In this document: positions 49,212-62,351 of the stretch, piece by piece
Layout of the letters: each line of letters starts with the position of its first letter
How positions within the stretch are numbered: position 1 is the stretch's first letter
Assembly (NCBI GenBank): GCA_008632985.1
Contig: QPGO01000012.1
Location: forward strand, 372,001-436,000
Origin: Psammoneis japonica
Lineage: Eukaryota
Direction of reading: 5' to 3'
Length of the DNA stretch: 64,000 bases
Translations under genes and position numbers: made by a program
Notes under the pieces: model-generated
The model's database searches: none
What the model saw: only the letters and a program-made list of their open reading frames with translations
What the model was told of the DNA's origin: nothing

Positions 49212-51554
49212 AGCTGGCACAACGAGGCCTCAGAGAGATGTGCTGCCAAGAGACATGCCACCCAGCAGCCCAAAGAAGCAGAGAGGAAACTCAAGAAGCA
49301 AATGGCCATCAAAACAAAAGCAAGAGCTGTTGAAACATCAGGGTGACAGGCAGTTTTAGAAAAGCAGACAGACAATGTCAAAACACAGAATGCACTGATG
49401 TGTGCTGATGACATCATGGAAGAGTCACGTGGTTAATTTGTGTTTGTTGCTCTTGAGGTTTGTGGGGGGCTGTTCCAACATTTGGCTTCTACAACCCCAC
49501 CAGTTGACACAGCAAATGCGGCATGGATGGCAAAACAGCAAAGCATGTGTGTTTGCAATCATCCATGCAGTGAGCTCAGCTCAGCAAGACTGAGCATTGA
49601 CCAGCTGGCAAGCCATGAAGCTCCAACAAGAGTGACCATGAGCTGCTCTCCCCTTGCCCCCTCCATCAGCAAGACAGGTGCCAGCACTCAGTGCAAAGTG
49701 CAAAAGAGCAGCTTGCGTCAACTGGCAACAAAGAGAACAAAACAGTTTTGGTTTGATGTGCAGTCTCAAAAAGTGCACTCACTGTGGGCACAAATGCTGG
49801 AGCAGCTGTCCAGCTGGTGAGGACATTCTTGACAGCAGCTGTGAACTCTTTTGCAAGAAGCCTCCTAAAATCCACAACTGCGCTGCTGGCTTTTTCCAAA
49901 TTGGCATCTGTCTTTGTTGGGAAAAGCAGATGATTGTTGCACTTTCACTTTCAGTTTGCTGGTGTCTCTTTAAAAAGGCAGCCAGTTGGTGCTGTTGTTC
50001 TGCATCAATGTGTGCTCATTCACACCTCTTCAGTCAATGCACAACTCAACATGCACACTTTCAAATTGTGTGCTGGCATTCATCAAAGGAGAACAACATT
50101 TTATTGGCAAATGAAGATGATGACTGTCACTCAGCACAGCCGTGCAATGAACCCAGCTTGCACTGATCAACATTTCCAGAAATCTGCAAGACAGAAAAAA
50201 AATGAAAATAAAAAAATGGCCACGAGCAACAAGTCACAGCATGGTTCAAGCTCCAGCCTGTTTGAGTGGTGCAAAATTCACAGACACAATGCATGCACAG
50301 TCAGATCTCAAGTGGATGTCTGAAGTTGATTTTTGAGTTGACTGTCCTGGTTTGCCCATTTTTTGAGCCAAGAACGTGCTCAACACCTTTGTTGTGCATT
50401 TGTCTCAAAGAGGCAATCTGTCTCTTTGGGGTCTGATCACCATCAAGTCCTTTCCTGGTGAGGGCTTTGATTGAACCCTTGCTGAGCCTGGTGATGTTGG
50501 TGCAACTGTGCTTTCTCACAACAAGAGCAAAGTGGCAGCTTTGTGTGGTTTTTGCATTTGTGCAATGGATTGCAAGCACCAATTGGCACATCACAAAAAA
50601 CAGCTTGCAAACAAGGCTTTGGAAGTGGCATGAAAGAAAGAGGTCAAAAATTGTGAAAAGAACATGGCAAGTGCTGGGCAAGAATTGGAGATGTGAGACT
50701 GCATTCTTGTTGCTGTGCACCTGTTGAAATCTCCTGAAATGTCCAGCCAGCTGTTGAATTTGAAGCTGGAGCTTTTTGTCACCCATCCATGCAGTGCAAA
50801 GCTTCTTAAAGCTTTCAACCACTGGGGGGGGGTGGCACTCCAATTCAACAGTCAAGGGCAAATTTCACAAGGCAGTGCCTGGTGCAAATGTGCCTGTCAT
50901 TGTTTCAATTGTGATGAAAAAGCAAGGAGGGTGACAATCACAACCAACCATTGTCCTCAACCTGTGTTGAAACGATCTCACCAGCAAGAAGAAACAGACA
51001 GACATTGCATGTTTGTGGCTCGCGACTGTGAGGCAGGCCAAAAGCAGCAAAAACATTTGACCCATGTGAGGCAAACCCGGTTAATGCAGCTGAAACAGAA
51101 CCTGTGAATGTCATCAACGTCAATGATTCATTGAACAAACTCCATTGCATTTTGCAGGAGAGACTCACCTTGTCATTCCTGGGTTCAACTTTGCCTTCCC
51201 CTGGTTCATTGCAGGTGATGAAACTGTGGCCAGCTGTGCATGCTTTGTGGGAGGGGAGCTCGGCCATGGGATCTCGGCCATGGCAAACCAAAAAAAAGAA
51301 TCAACCTTGCACACCCAAACACCAGACGATTCAACGCCAACTTCAATTTTGGCCAGCATGGCCTGACCTCTGGATCGGTCGCCTGCTCGAGACCACCTTT
51401 TGAGTCAGTCTACCCCTTCATCTTGAGTCCCACTTGGAACTTGTAAACCATCATTTTCCTAGAGGTGACTCTAGTTGCAAGCATTCTGTGATTCATGATT
51501 CGCGGTGGCATTAATGACAGATCCTTTCAGAAAGCCAGCACCGAGCAAACCACT

Positions 51555-54353
51555 CTAAATAATCATTACAGAACTAAGGCAAGCGATCACAACAGCTGCG
51601 ATCATTGGCCGAAAAGCTAAGAGAGCGGTTGCAGAGGACGGTGTAGCGGTGGTGGGTGGTCCACTTGGTGGGGGGGCTGTGGTTGGCATCGGAGCTGGGG
51701 TCGGTCCCGGGGCTGTGGTTTGCATCGGGGTCGGGGTCGGCACCGGGATAGGCGTCGGTTCGATGACAGGGAACAGCTTAACTGCTTCAGAGTAGAGTTC
51801 CGACAAATCACTTGTACCGGCGGGAAACTCCTCCTCGCTTGCCTCAGGAAACTCCACCGCAGTGAAGATCCTGGGAATGTGAAAGTCGGGTGTCCTGTTG
51901 ATGTACTGCATTGGAAAGGCACCTGGCTGCATAAAATTGCTGTAATAATTCAAAACCGGCATTCCAGGTAACTTGTTGAGAAAAAACGGTGGCACCGTTA
52001 AAAAATCATTGTAAACGTCAATCACCGGCAAAAGATCAACGTTCGTTGGGTTCAAGACGTTCAGGATGAGTAGAATGCCTTCGGCAATCAAGGGATACTC
52101 CAAGTGAACATCCTGAACAGATGCTGGGAACGAAGTCATGGTTGTTTCACCCATGACGCCACCGTACACTGCAGTAGTTACGGGCGTGGTAACAAGGCTG
52201 ACGTCTCGATTCTTCCACAGCTGACTGACCATGGACTCGAATAGTTCGGTCGCGCTACCCGCGACACCATTTGAAACGATAACATAGCTCTCAAATGAAT
52301 GGCCAAGTTCTTTGGCCGCACTGGTGGTTTCATCAAAATCTGATTCACTCCATATGCCACCGTGCAGTTCAGTAAGGTTCTGCACCTTTCCACCTCTAAC
52401 GACAGAGCGAACAACAGACGGATCGAACACTAAGTCTTCAGTCGGATTTAAATCCAAAACTCTCAATGGGTTGAAAGCGTTTGCCACTGCTAGGATAGAA
52501 TCCATGAAGTCAGCGAGCGCTGATGGAGTGGGGTCGGTCTCATATGCTGTGAGGTTTGATTTCATCGATGTGATAATGTCGCATCTAGACCCACAATCTT
52601 CATTATCACCAATTTCGCAGGTGTTATCACAAACGTCTTCCATGTAGTCAGCCCGAAGACGTACCTCTCCTAGCAATTCCGAATTATACAAATCAGTGAG
52701 CTCCTCAGGAAAATCTGCCAAAAGAGTCTCGAGCTCACTGAAATACTGGGTAATCGCTGGAGATGCCTTGTTCCGCCAGACGCGCATCAAATCGTTGTAA
52801 TTTCGGTCGAACTGATCTTCAAACGTCGCAAATGCCATGTCCGGGTACATGTATGCAACAAGTGTATATGCTCCGACGACGAGACCACCATTGTTGCCTG
52901 ACACGTCAACGAGTAGTTTCGTGATGTTACGACTCTTTGCTTCAAGGGTGACATTCCGCCATAGCTTATCGACCTCAAATTCATCAATATCAAAACTTTG
53001 CAGTTTGAGCACCGCAACGTCGTCTTCAAAGCCTATACCAAACACGGTCTTGTTAGCGTCCTCCCCGGTAGAGAGAGGATTCGTGAAAACAAAGTCAAAA
53101 CTGTACTGGTCTGAGAGTTTTCTTCGGAGACGCGTCTGCCTGAGCTTGCGACCTCGCTCACCCGTATTACTTGTTTCCGTACTGTTGATGCCTGTGATAA
53201 GGCCTGCGACGAGGTCAGAGAACGCATTACTGAATGCCTCGTATGTGGCACCAGGCGCATTGATATTACTTTCGAGGGTTTCTCGACGAAACTCACACGT
53301 CTCGTCTCCACAGAAAAGAAGGTCTTCAACGCCCGGGTGATCGACCGTGGTATAGAACATCTCGGACTCACCGTCTCTGTACTCAACTTGGAAAGTGCTA
53401 GGTAGAACGAGTGAAGGCCTCGAGCTTGACTCGATTCTTCCCGGAAACAGGACAATCGTTTGCATCAGCTTATTGATGCGCGCTCCAACCGACTCGTAAC
53501 CAAGTGCATCCACGGCGGGGTTGTTTGCGAGATTTACCAGAAAATCGTGAGGCGTCGCTTCGTTGATGGTTGTTACATTCTGCACACCTAGGGTCGTCCC
53601 GTCGTAATCAACCCATGTAACGGCCATCTGGATAAGACCTTCCGCGTCAAATCTATAGTTCAGCAACCCTTCAGCGGCAAGTCCTTGGACAACACGTTCT
53701 GGGTAAAATTCAAGAGTGTACCCAGAAGCCGGATGTTCTGGAAAGAGTTCCAAAAAGACGTGACCATCATGTAACTTATTGAAGATTGGAATAATATCCC
53801 AGAAATGAGACCCCCTTGCTCCATTGGTCTCAACGTCAGTGACGATGGCGGCTAGCTCTGCAGCAATATCCACTTGCATGTCGGTGAAGATAGTATATCC
53901 AAGCTCCGGCTGGAATGACTTTGGGTCACTGTTCTCAGGATCCCTTGCAAGGTCATAGAAGCAGCTGCAAAAGCACACAGGTTGGGGAACGATAACCCGT
54001 GAGCTCTACGGTATTGAAGAGAAAGATACGCATAGCAATACTGTTTAGTAGAGACCCCTCTCTCAAACTCACTGAAACTGACGGAAAGCTTCGTTTAAAG
54101 AGCGAAGGTGTTGTAGCATGTTGTCTGTGTTGACTGTGAGGGATTCAACACAACTCTCATAAAAGGAAGCCTTCAGATAGCACGGTTCGTCAGCCCCGTC
54201 ATCGATGCACACGTCTGATTCTTCAAAAGTGGCGACGCAAGGATCTGCAGGTTGGAGATTTCGCTCGTCTTGCTCGGGTACGGCACTGTTGAATCCTTGA
54301 GCTTCCGCAAATCCCAAGAGACATAATGCGCCAGTGACATGCCAACCAAACAT
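51555..54353 (-). CDS. Secreted, probably GPI-anchored peptidase S41 family protein (exons 54353-54073, 53964-51555)
   Basis: Signal peptide; FNKLHDGH; KLLVDVSGNNGG; VIVSNGVAGSATELF (catalytic Ser motif); Pro/Thr-rich stalk and hydrophobic C-terminus. In-frame GTGAG..TTTGCAG intron. Confidence 0.85.
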
Positions 54354-54794
54354 GATGGGTCCGATGGCAATCTTTCTCTACTCTCTGCGGTTCGACACGT
54401 TTATGATGATACTCATACAGCCACTCGTGCGTCGTAAGACATGAATGATGCATTTTAAGTTTGGATTGCAGCATTGAGGCTTTGGATCTTTCCCGTGGAA
54501 TTGGTTGTGACGTGGCAGAAGTTTTTTGTATATCAATATGTTGTGTGCGTGGCGTGGCACACCGCCCAACACATGTCCACCGTTCTTTGGTCACTGCTTT
54601 TATCTCTCTCTCTCTTGTGAAACCACAAAAAACCGACGCACAGACATGCATGGTTTTATGACAAAGACACGAAATGTTGGTTCCTCCTCGTTGCTTAGTC
54701 AGCAGGAACTCTGGACCGAAAGCCAGTAATTTGAAAATGAGATCAGGACGCCGAGGATGGAGGAGGTGTGGGTGGGTCACGGGTTGGGGGTGTG

Positions 54795-57700
54795 GTGCAC
54801 TCTCCATCGTGAGTGTCCACGCGTCGACCGTTCTTCGCGCGCGCTCGCACGCACACGAAGGTCTCCTCATAGACTCTCGCGGAAGTCAGACGGACGGTTT
54901 GTTACGATGCCTCCGGAATCCCCGCATGTTTCTGCACATGCAAAAAACTTTTCTACGGAGAATTCTACATGAAACATGCCAGGAGGGCACAGCGACAAAT
55001 CGCCTGCATGCGACCCTGGTGCATCGTCCGTCTTGCTTCCATGAGAGTCCATGAGGAGACTTCGGGTGTGCGCGCACACAACAACGGTCGACACACAAAC
55101 TCACGATGGAGAGTGGGTGTGGTGGATGCTGTGGATGTGTGGTGCAGTGTTGAGTGTGGAGCCGGCCGGCCCGTGCGCCCACTCTCCATCGTGAGTCTGT
55201 GCATCGACCATTCTTTGCACTTGCACCCACCCGAAGGTCAGCTCTCCTCATGCCGGCAGACTCCTTCTCTCATGGAAGTAAGACGGATGATGCAGCAGGC
55301 AATCGTCCAGCTGCACAGGCGGCTCTTCACAAACTGTGCAGGAAATGCACTGGAGCTTGTGCAGAATTTGACAAGGGCACAATTCCGTTTTGACAAGGAC
55401 AAGTGGAGGGAAACAGTCCATTTTGGTGCAAATTTGACAAGAGGACGTCTGATGAGGAATCCTCTTTGTTTCCTTCATTCCACTCAAACTCTCCCGATTT
55501 GGCATGCCGCTCCGCAAGAAATGGCCATGCACACTGCACTTTGATGTGTCTCAGCATGGCAAACATTGTGGGGCAGATGCATTTTTCATGTGTGATCTCT
55601 TTCCATTGCTGTTGCAAAGAGGTTGACGCATTGGTTTGGTTTCCTGGGGGCTTTGGTTGCAACACATGGTGCAAACGGTTGCATGTGTTGACTTGTGCCT
55701 TGATTGCTGCACGGTGCAGGCAACATCTGACTGGTCAACAATGCTGCCGAGGTGAGTTCTTTCTGCATTTTCTCGTTTTGTGTTGTTTTCCTGGTCACCA
55801 AAGATCATTGTTTCATTTTGTTGCAGCTTGAAAAGTGGGTGGATCGTCTCGCATGGTCAATTATGGTGTCCATTGTGTTGGCATGTTGTTCAAGTCATTG
55901 GCGCCACCAGAGCACATCTGTTTGGGAGCTTTGTGCTTCGCCCCACTCTGCGTCCTTTGGGCCACCTGTTGTGCACATTAAGATGGTCTTGTGGCGTGTT
56001 TGATTCGCTTGGAGGGGTCTCATTTGGCTCGCAATCACTTCATGTTGTTTTTTGGTCATGACAATTTCTGAAAAGTGCACACCGTGGGAACAAAATGATG
56101 CAATGGAGCCTCGGCAACACTTGTGACATTGGCATTTGTCAGACAGACTTGACACACTCCAAAGAAGATAATCCTGTGAGAGTGTCATGATTGACTGAGT
56201 TCCAGAGTCGTTTTTACAAAAGTTGCACACCTCACAAGCCTTTTTTGTTTGTCTCATTTACACGTGCAGGTGTCTGGTCTGTGATGAGCCTTTTTTCTTG
56301 CTCTGCATTCGATTCTCTTCATTGTCTAAGACACAATGTCATCCATGTTATTTTGGGAGATCTTGGCAGTGCACCAACCAGCCCAGGCTTTGCACTGGGT
56401 AAAATGGAGAGGCTTGCACTGCCGGGCTCCTCACCTCCTCTTGGATGCTCAGATGCCACAAACCGCTGGTGAGGTGGACATGAAATTTGACAGAGCAACT
56501 CAGAACTGCCTCTGGAAGCTTGTGCAGTGAGTGTGCTGCAACGTGTCTCCTCATTGGCTCATTGTTGTGAACATTGTTCCACTCGCATTTTCATTTTGCT
56601 TGTCAGTTTGCCAGCATGGTCATCTGTGACTGTGAGAGCTTGCAGTGGGCTTTCTAGACTGATGTTCCTCATGGCGTGAGTCTTTTGATCTCATTTGATG
56701 ATTTGGGGAAATTTGTTTCTGAAACTTTCAGTCTAGAGAGCAAATGGATGGAACAATGTGGAGCCGGTTGAAGAAAGTGATGGAGTTTTGGCCATCGTGC
56801 AGTTGAATCATCTCAATGGTGGGATCAGTGGTGGGTGTGCATTTTCCTTGAACAATGAAGCAGTGGACAAGGCATTTGGATGGCTCATGGCATGTCACTG
56901 TTCTCTAGAGAGTGTTTGCTGGAGCTGCAACTGCATCAGAAGCACCAATCGTCTGGGCATCATGCGGCACCCGAGCGCACCACTCTCTCTCCTCTCCTCC
57001 TTTTTCTCTTCTTTTTTTCATAAACTCGGAGCCACCTGCATGGCCAGACATGTGCCATGCAGTCTGCCAGGGTCGCATGCAGGCAGTTTGTCATGGTGCT
57101 TTTTCCATCCCTTGCAAGAGCACATGCTGTTGTCGGCATGAGCGACTCCCAATGCTGTCTGATGCTGCAGCAGAATGAATCTTTTGTTGGGACATTTAGA
57201 GCACACCATGACAGAACCCCAGAGGTGCACAGCTGCTGGCTTCTTGTTCCACCATGTCTTTCCCATGAATCAGGTGCATTCATCATTTTCTCTCAGCTCG
57301 ATCGCACCAGCCACACATCGAACCATGACCTGTGAACCATCACGCCAGGTCATTGAGCTGGCAGTCATGCACCAGCAGCTGTTTGTGCCGCAGGAGACTG
57401 AAAAGAGAAGGAAGGGTGCAAGAAGTGAGAACATCCTTGACACAAGATTCAAGAGAGGTGAAAAAATTGAAAATGTCAGCACAATTGGTGCAGAACAAAA
57501 AAATGGAAATGTTCTCACTGGCAACTGCCACCAAGGGAAAGACATGACAGCACCATGGAGCACTGAGCAGCATGCCAAAGAACATTGCCAAAATCTCCAT
57601 CAAGCCCGCCAATGAGCTTGTGCTTTCGATCCAAGCTGTGTCTTAAAGTGGGAGATCTTGTTTGAGACAAAAACCAAAACTGCAATTGGCTGAGTCACAG

Positions 57701-58750
57701 AAGCAAGCCATGAGCAAAATCACAACACCAACTTGCTGCTTCACCACCTTCACACAACTTCTGATGTGTCTCCTGTGTGTGTGTGCTCAACGCTGCACAA
57801 CAGCATTTGTCTCATGCCGTTGCTGGAGAGGCACTTGCACTGTTGCATTCGGATGACATCCTGCACAAAGTGCAGTCCCCATTGAGTGAGTTTGAATGCC
57901 AACAACTCACAATGCTGTCACATGAGCTCACCCAATTGACTCAGTGGCACTGCCAGAGTGCCGCCAGTGCACTCAAATCTACCCAAGTGGTAAGAAATCG
58001 ACATGACCGTCCAGAAATCTCCAAAAAAGTCACAAAACAGCAATGCCCAACCAAAAATGAGACCCCAGACTGTCTTTGTCTTGAAACTCCGAGCTGTGGT
58101 CCAACCATGCCTTGTGCAGACACCAACAAACAACACCAAGGCATTGCATGGACTGAGAGCCTGCATGACAATGAGGATGAGTCCAATCTGTGAGTGAGCA
58201 CATTTCTCACCAAAAATGAAAAGCCATTTCTTGTGAATGACAGAAACAATGTTCATGCTGCAAGAAAGACAATGCCATTGCAGTGCAATGACAAAAATGT
58301 TTGTGAGTTTCTATGCCACAACTCACAGGCTGCAATGGAGCAGAGCACATGATGACAATCAACAACACACTTCAGCACCTGCTGAAAAAGTGATGATTTT
58401 GCACTCGGTCATCAGTCATGGGGATAAATTGATCAAATGTTTGCCAATTTTCTCCATTCCAACACCACAGCAAGTTTCAACAGCAAGCATCCGAATGACC
58501 ACTGAACAGTGCAAGGCACAGCTTTTGATGTGCCGATGAAATCGATCATTGTTGGAATGGCACATTTTCTGGCATGTTTTGTGCAGAAAGCTCTGCAGAG
58601 CATTTTGCCAAACCCAGGGTGGCATGGCAACAATTTTTGAGCTGCCATCCATCTCACTTCCACAAGAGTCCATGAGGAGACCTTTGGGCACATGCAAGTG
58701 CCCATGAAGAATGGTCGATGCATGGACTCATGTGATGGAGAGTGGAGCCC
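54795..58750. mobile_element. Putative element of about 4 kb bounded by long inverted repeats
   Basis: The unit CACTCTCCATCGTGAGT...GGTCTCCTCAT.GACTCT..GGAAGT.AGACGGA lies at 54798-54898 (+), 55020-55115 (-), 55179-55290 (+) and 58640-58750 (-). 54900-54980 also matches 58555-58635 inverted. No coding capacity recognised. Confidence 0.6.
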
Positions 58751-60303
58751 GCCCTTGGTCGAATCACACTGCGCGTGGGCAAGCATTGCACATTTGAGCA
58801 GTCAGGCTCTGTCACTTTGAATTGCAAAACAATTGCATGACTCACATGCCCAAAGGTCAAATGTTGTTGCCCAAAGCAACAATTCATTCTTGCTTCACAC
58901 AGATGTCCATTCTGCACATCACATGGTGTTGAAAATCTCGCTGCAGTTGCATGAGTCATCCAAGCAATTTTGTCAAATGACCTCTGTGGCACTGCACTGT
59001 GTGATCACAAATCAGACATTCTCAAATGCTGGTGCATTTTCCATGGTCTCTGTGTGCACAAAGCTTGGATTTCTTGCCCGAAGCAACAACCACCCTTCGG
59101 GCATGTGAATCGCGCAATTGTTCAGCAATTCGCAGCACATGAATGCCGTGCATGCAGGGCCCCTGCCCAAAAGTCAGCAGCAACAGTGGGTGGGGCTTGC
59201 TCAGTCACGCATGCGCAAATCCATCAAAACACCTGCCACCCACCATGAGACCCTGTCCAAACTGGACCATGTCATGCCCATGTGCTCACCTGATGTCATG
59301 GAGCCAAAAATGAGCCTCTTCGAAAAAATCAGAGGTTGTTGCCCCTGTGCATGACACAATTTTAGGCCATGTGAGTTAGCCAGAGCAGGGCCAGTTGGTT
59401 GCACACATTTGGGTTCAATCTCACCATGCAACTGGCCACACCCTGCAGGAAAAGCTGTTGGTGGTTGGTGGCACGAGCAGAAGTTTCAGAGCAAAACACA
59501 TGTCGTGGTTCAAAATGTTGTAAAATTGCACAACAACAAGCAATGAGAAGAAACCAACTTGACCCAGGAACAAAGCACATTGACATTGTTCAATCACTTT
59601 GATTCCATCTGGAAAGACCTGCTTGCAGATCTGTCAAAGGTGCTCACGTTGCTTGCTGTGGCACTGTCATGTGCTGTTGTGCAGCTGTCATTGCGTGTGA
59701 AGGACGGGGTTCTGTTTCACCCACAGCGACTCTGTGCGAGGAACTCTTGAGAGGGCGACCAATTTGTTTTGTCCAAAAACTGCATTTTGGGCGCATGTGC
59801 ATGGCAATTGTGCTCTTGAGCTTGGGCCCAAAAAGCTCCATTCCAAAACCATCAGTGAAACATTCTGTGTCATCAAAATTGACATCATCAGCAAAGATGA
59901 ACGAGGGATCAGGGTCAACCTTGTCCGCTGATGGGGCAAAGTCATTGGCCACCATGGCCAGCAATCAGTTGGTGGTTCAAGCAGAAAGTGCACAAATCAC
60001 AACAGCACAAGTTCTGGTCAAATTAATTTTGGGGAGAGGGTGCACTGTTGTGAAATGCACAGAAAATGGCTCATGTGGAAAAATCACAAAAAATGTGGCA
60101 GAGAAACATGCACAGAATTCCAGGGAAAAATGAGATGCAAAGAGGAAGTGCACATGTGCAGATGACTGGGGTGCAGACATGACACCAGCACACATGGTGA
60201 TGCATGAATGGGGCACAAAAAGTGAAAACCAAGTTGAAATGTAAAGTGCCAAAAGCAAAGAGAGGATCAATTGTCACAACTCAACCCTTCAACCACCAGG
60301 GGA

Positions 60304-60479
60304 GCAAATCTCCACAGGTGGAGATTTGCCATGCTTGAGGATTTGTGATGTGTCATGCACTTTTACAATGGTGCAATGCACACAGCATAAAAATTTCATG
60401 TTGTGCACAATCTGCATGAAGTGTGCCACGTGCATTTGCTCATTTGGAGCAAATCTCCACCGGCGGAGATTTGCTCCAA
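60304..60479. repeat. Two related perfect hairpins
   Basis: GCAAATCTCCAC-AG-GTGGAGATTTGC (60304-60329) and TTGGAGCAAATCTCC-ACCGGC-GGAGATTTGCTCCAA (60444-60479). Confidence 0.85.
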
Positions 60480-61348
60480 GGGTGTGATGCTGTTGCTCCA
60501 TTTGTGATGGCAATTCATGACAACCTGCATTGCCACAGGTTGAGATTTAGTTCCTCTCTGTTCACAGATGTGAAGCTTGTAAAAAACCCAGTGTTAAAAG
60601 TCAACATGGAACTTTCTAAATTTTACAAAAAGGGTTCCCCACGATTTTCGGTGAGTGCGCGCTCCAAAACAAAATCACGCAAACAAAACATTGTGCACAT
60701 TTGAAATTGCTTCATTTGCCACATTTGTGACACAAGCGAGCATGCTGAAGTCCGGTGGTTGAAGGGCCAAATGTTGAATCACAAAACTTTTGGAAACACA
60801 AGTTACTTTGAGAAATGTGGTCACTGCAAACAGACAACAAAACCGCACAAATGCCTTGCGCATTGTGCAAAGACTGTTCAGGTTTGAACACTGCATTTAA
60901 AAGAACAAGGAAAACAAAATTCAGTGTCAAAACAAACATCAATGACAGCAACAACCACTGCACTGCAGCCTCTGATGTGCAGACAAACTGGTGGATCACA
61001 GACAGGACATGCTGCAGCACAGGTGCTTTGTTGTGTGGCGGTGGTTTCAGTTCAGCACTTGATTGACTCTCAGAATTGATTTTTTCTTTTTTGCCTGACA
61101 GCATTGCTGCATTTCCCAGCATTGTCAAATCATTGCCACTTTTGAAGTCATGGAAGGCATTGTCAAAGTTGATGCTCCATTGTGCACCCCTGCCTTGGGA
61201 GGGCTGCATGTTGAAAACGTGACCCATGTCAAGGGCAATGGCAAGGAGCAAGAGACCGCTCTCAAGGGATTGTCTGTGGCCATGCTGTCATCAATTCCAT
61301 TTGTCTCACAGCCTCCAGTCAACCCTGACGTGTGCATGTCAAAATGTG

Positions 61349-61710
61349 CTCAAGGCCAGCTTCAGCTGAACATGGTGCTCAACATTGTGCATCAAGCCAT
61401 GTGATTGCTTCACCTCAGAAAGAGAAAAAAGGAGTGTGGTGCAGTCAGACAAACGGAGTCTCACGAGTTGGAATCTTTGGTTTCTCTCTGGCAGATGGCA
61501 CAGCACTCTGGCCAGCTGCTGCTCAAGGCCAGCTTCAATGACAAGCTGGAGAATTTTCATTGGAGTTCAGCTGAACATGCTGGTGTTCAATGTTGTGCAT
61601 CTGGCCATGTGTTTCTTCACCTCAGAAAGAGAAAAGACAGAGTGTGGTGCAGTCAGACAAATGGACTCACAAGTTGGAATCTTTGGTTTCTCTCTGGCAG
61701 ATGGCACAGC
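61349..61710 (+). repeat. Direct repeat of about 145 bp, period about 207 bp
   Basis: TTCAGCTGAACATG...CTTCACCTCAGAAAGAGAAAA...GTTGGAATCTTTGGTTTCTCTCTGGCAGATGGCACAGC occurs twice. Confidence 0.85.
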
Positions 61711-62351
61711 GAGTAAATCTGGATGGAGTGCCATGTTGCAATTGGTGATTGGTCAAGATGTGTGGATCAAGTGGTGCTGCAGCGACACGCTCACAATCTA
61801 ATCAGGTTTAGGTTCACATTGACAGTGTCGCTGCTTTCCATTTAGACTCAAGGCATCGTGCTTGTTCTTTCGTTGCATCGAGATTTGTTCGCTTTGTCAG
61901 AGCCAAGACGAAAAAGACAGAGTGAAATGGTTTCGAGTGCAATTCGTCACAGACGATTGTTTGTTGTGTTGTTTGCATGGAACGTGCAGCTGTGGAAACG
62001 GCACTGAACTGTGCGCGATGCGTCAGAATTCGGATTGATGCGCACGATGATGCGTCTCGTGTTGCTCATCACAACACCCACAAAAACAGCTTGCAATGGT
62101 GACACTCACAAAGATGGTCACTGTCCTCACATGTGTGACAGGTGTGAAGGGACTGCGGCATTGGGCGACATGCCCGAGCGTTTGCCCAACAATGTCGGTT
62201 GACATGAGCGACACAGGACTGATCGCCCTGACGTCGGGTGGCTGTGTGAACCCGTCATCACAACACAGAGAAAGTGCAGCAATCATGACCATGCAGACTC
62301 ACAGCTGCATGTTCCTGGTGTGGGACCTTTGTGCCCTTTCTCCATTGTGGG

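Larger units (their letters stand above)
47672..51336 (+). repeat. Dispersed repeat element of about 2.3 kb, copy 2, carrying nested MITEs
   Basis: Colinear with 36964-39286 on both sides of the 48080-49211 insertion. Confidence 0.88.
47670..51410. other. TpA-depleted hypermutated domain 3
   Basis: Boundaries coincide closely with repeat copy 2. TA resumes at about 51411-51475. Confidence 0.92.

Noticed and set aside
54798..55290. CRISPR-like array
   Set aside because: Units are about 100 bp, alternate in orientation and lack unique spacers. The context is eukaryotic with no cas genes.
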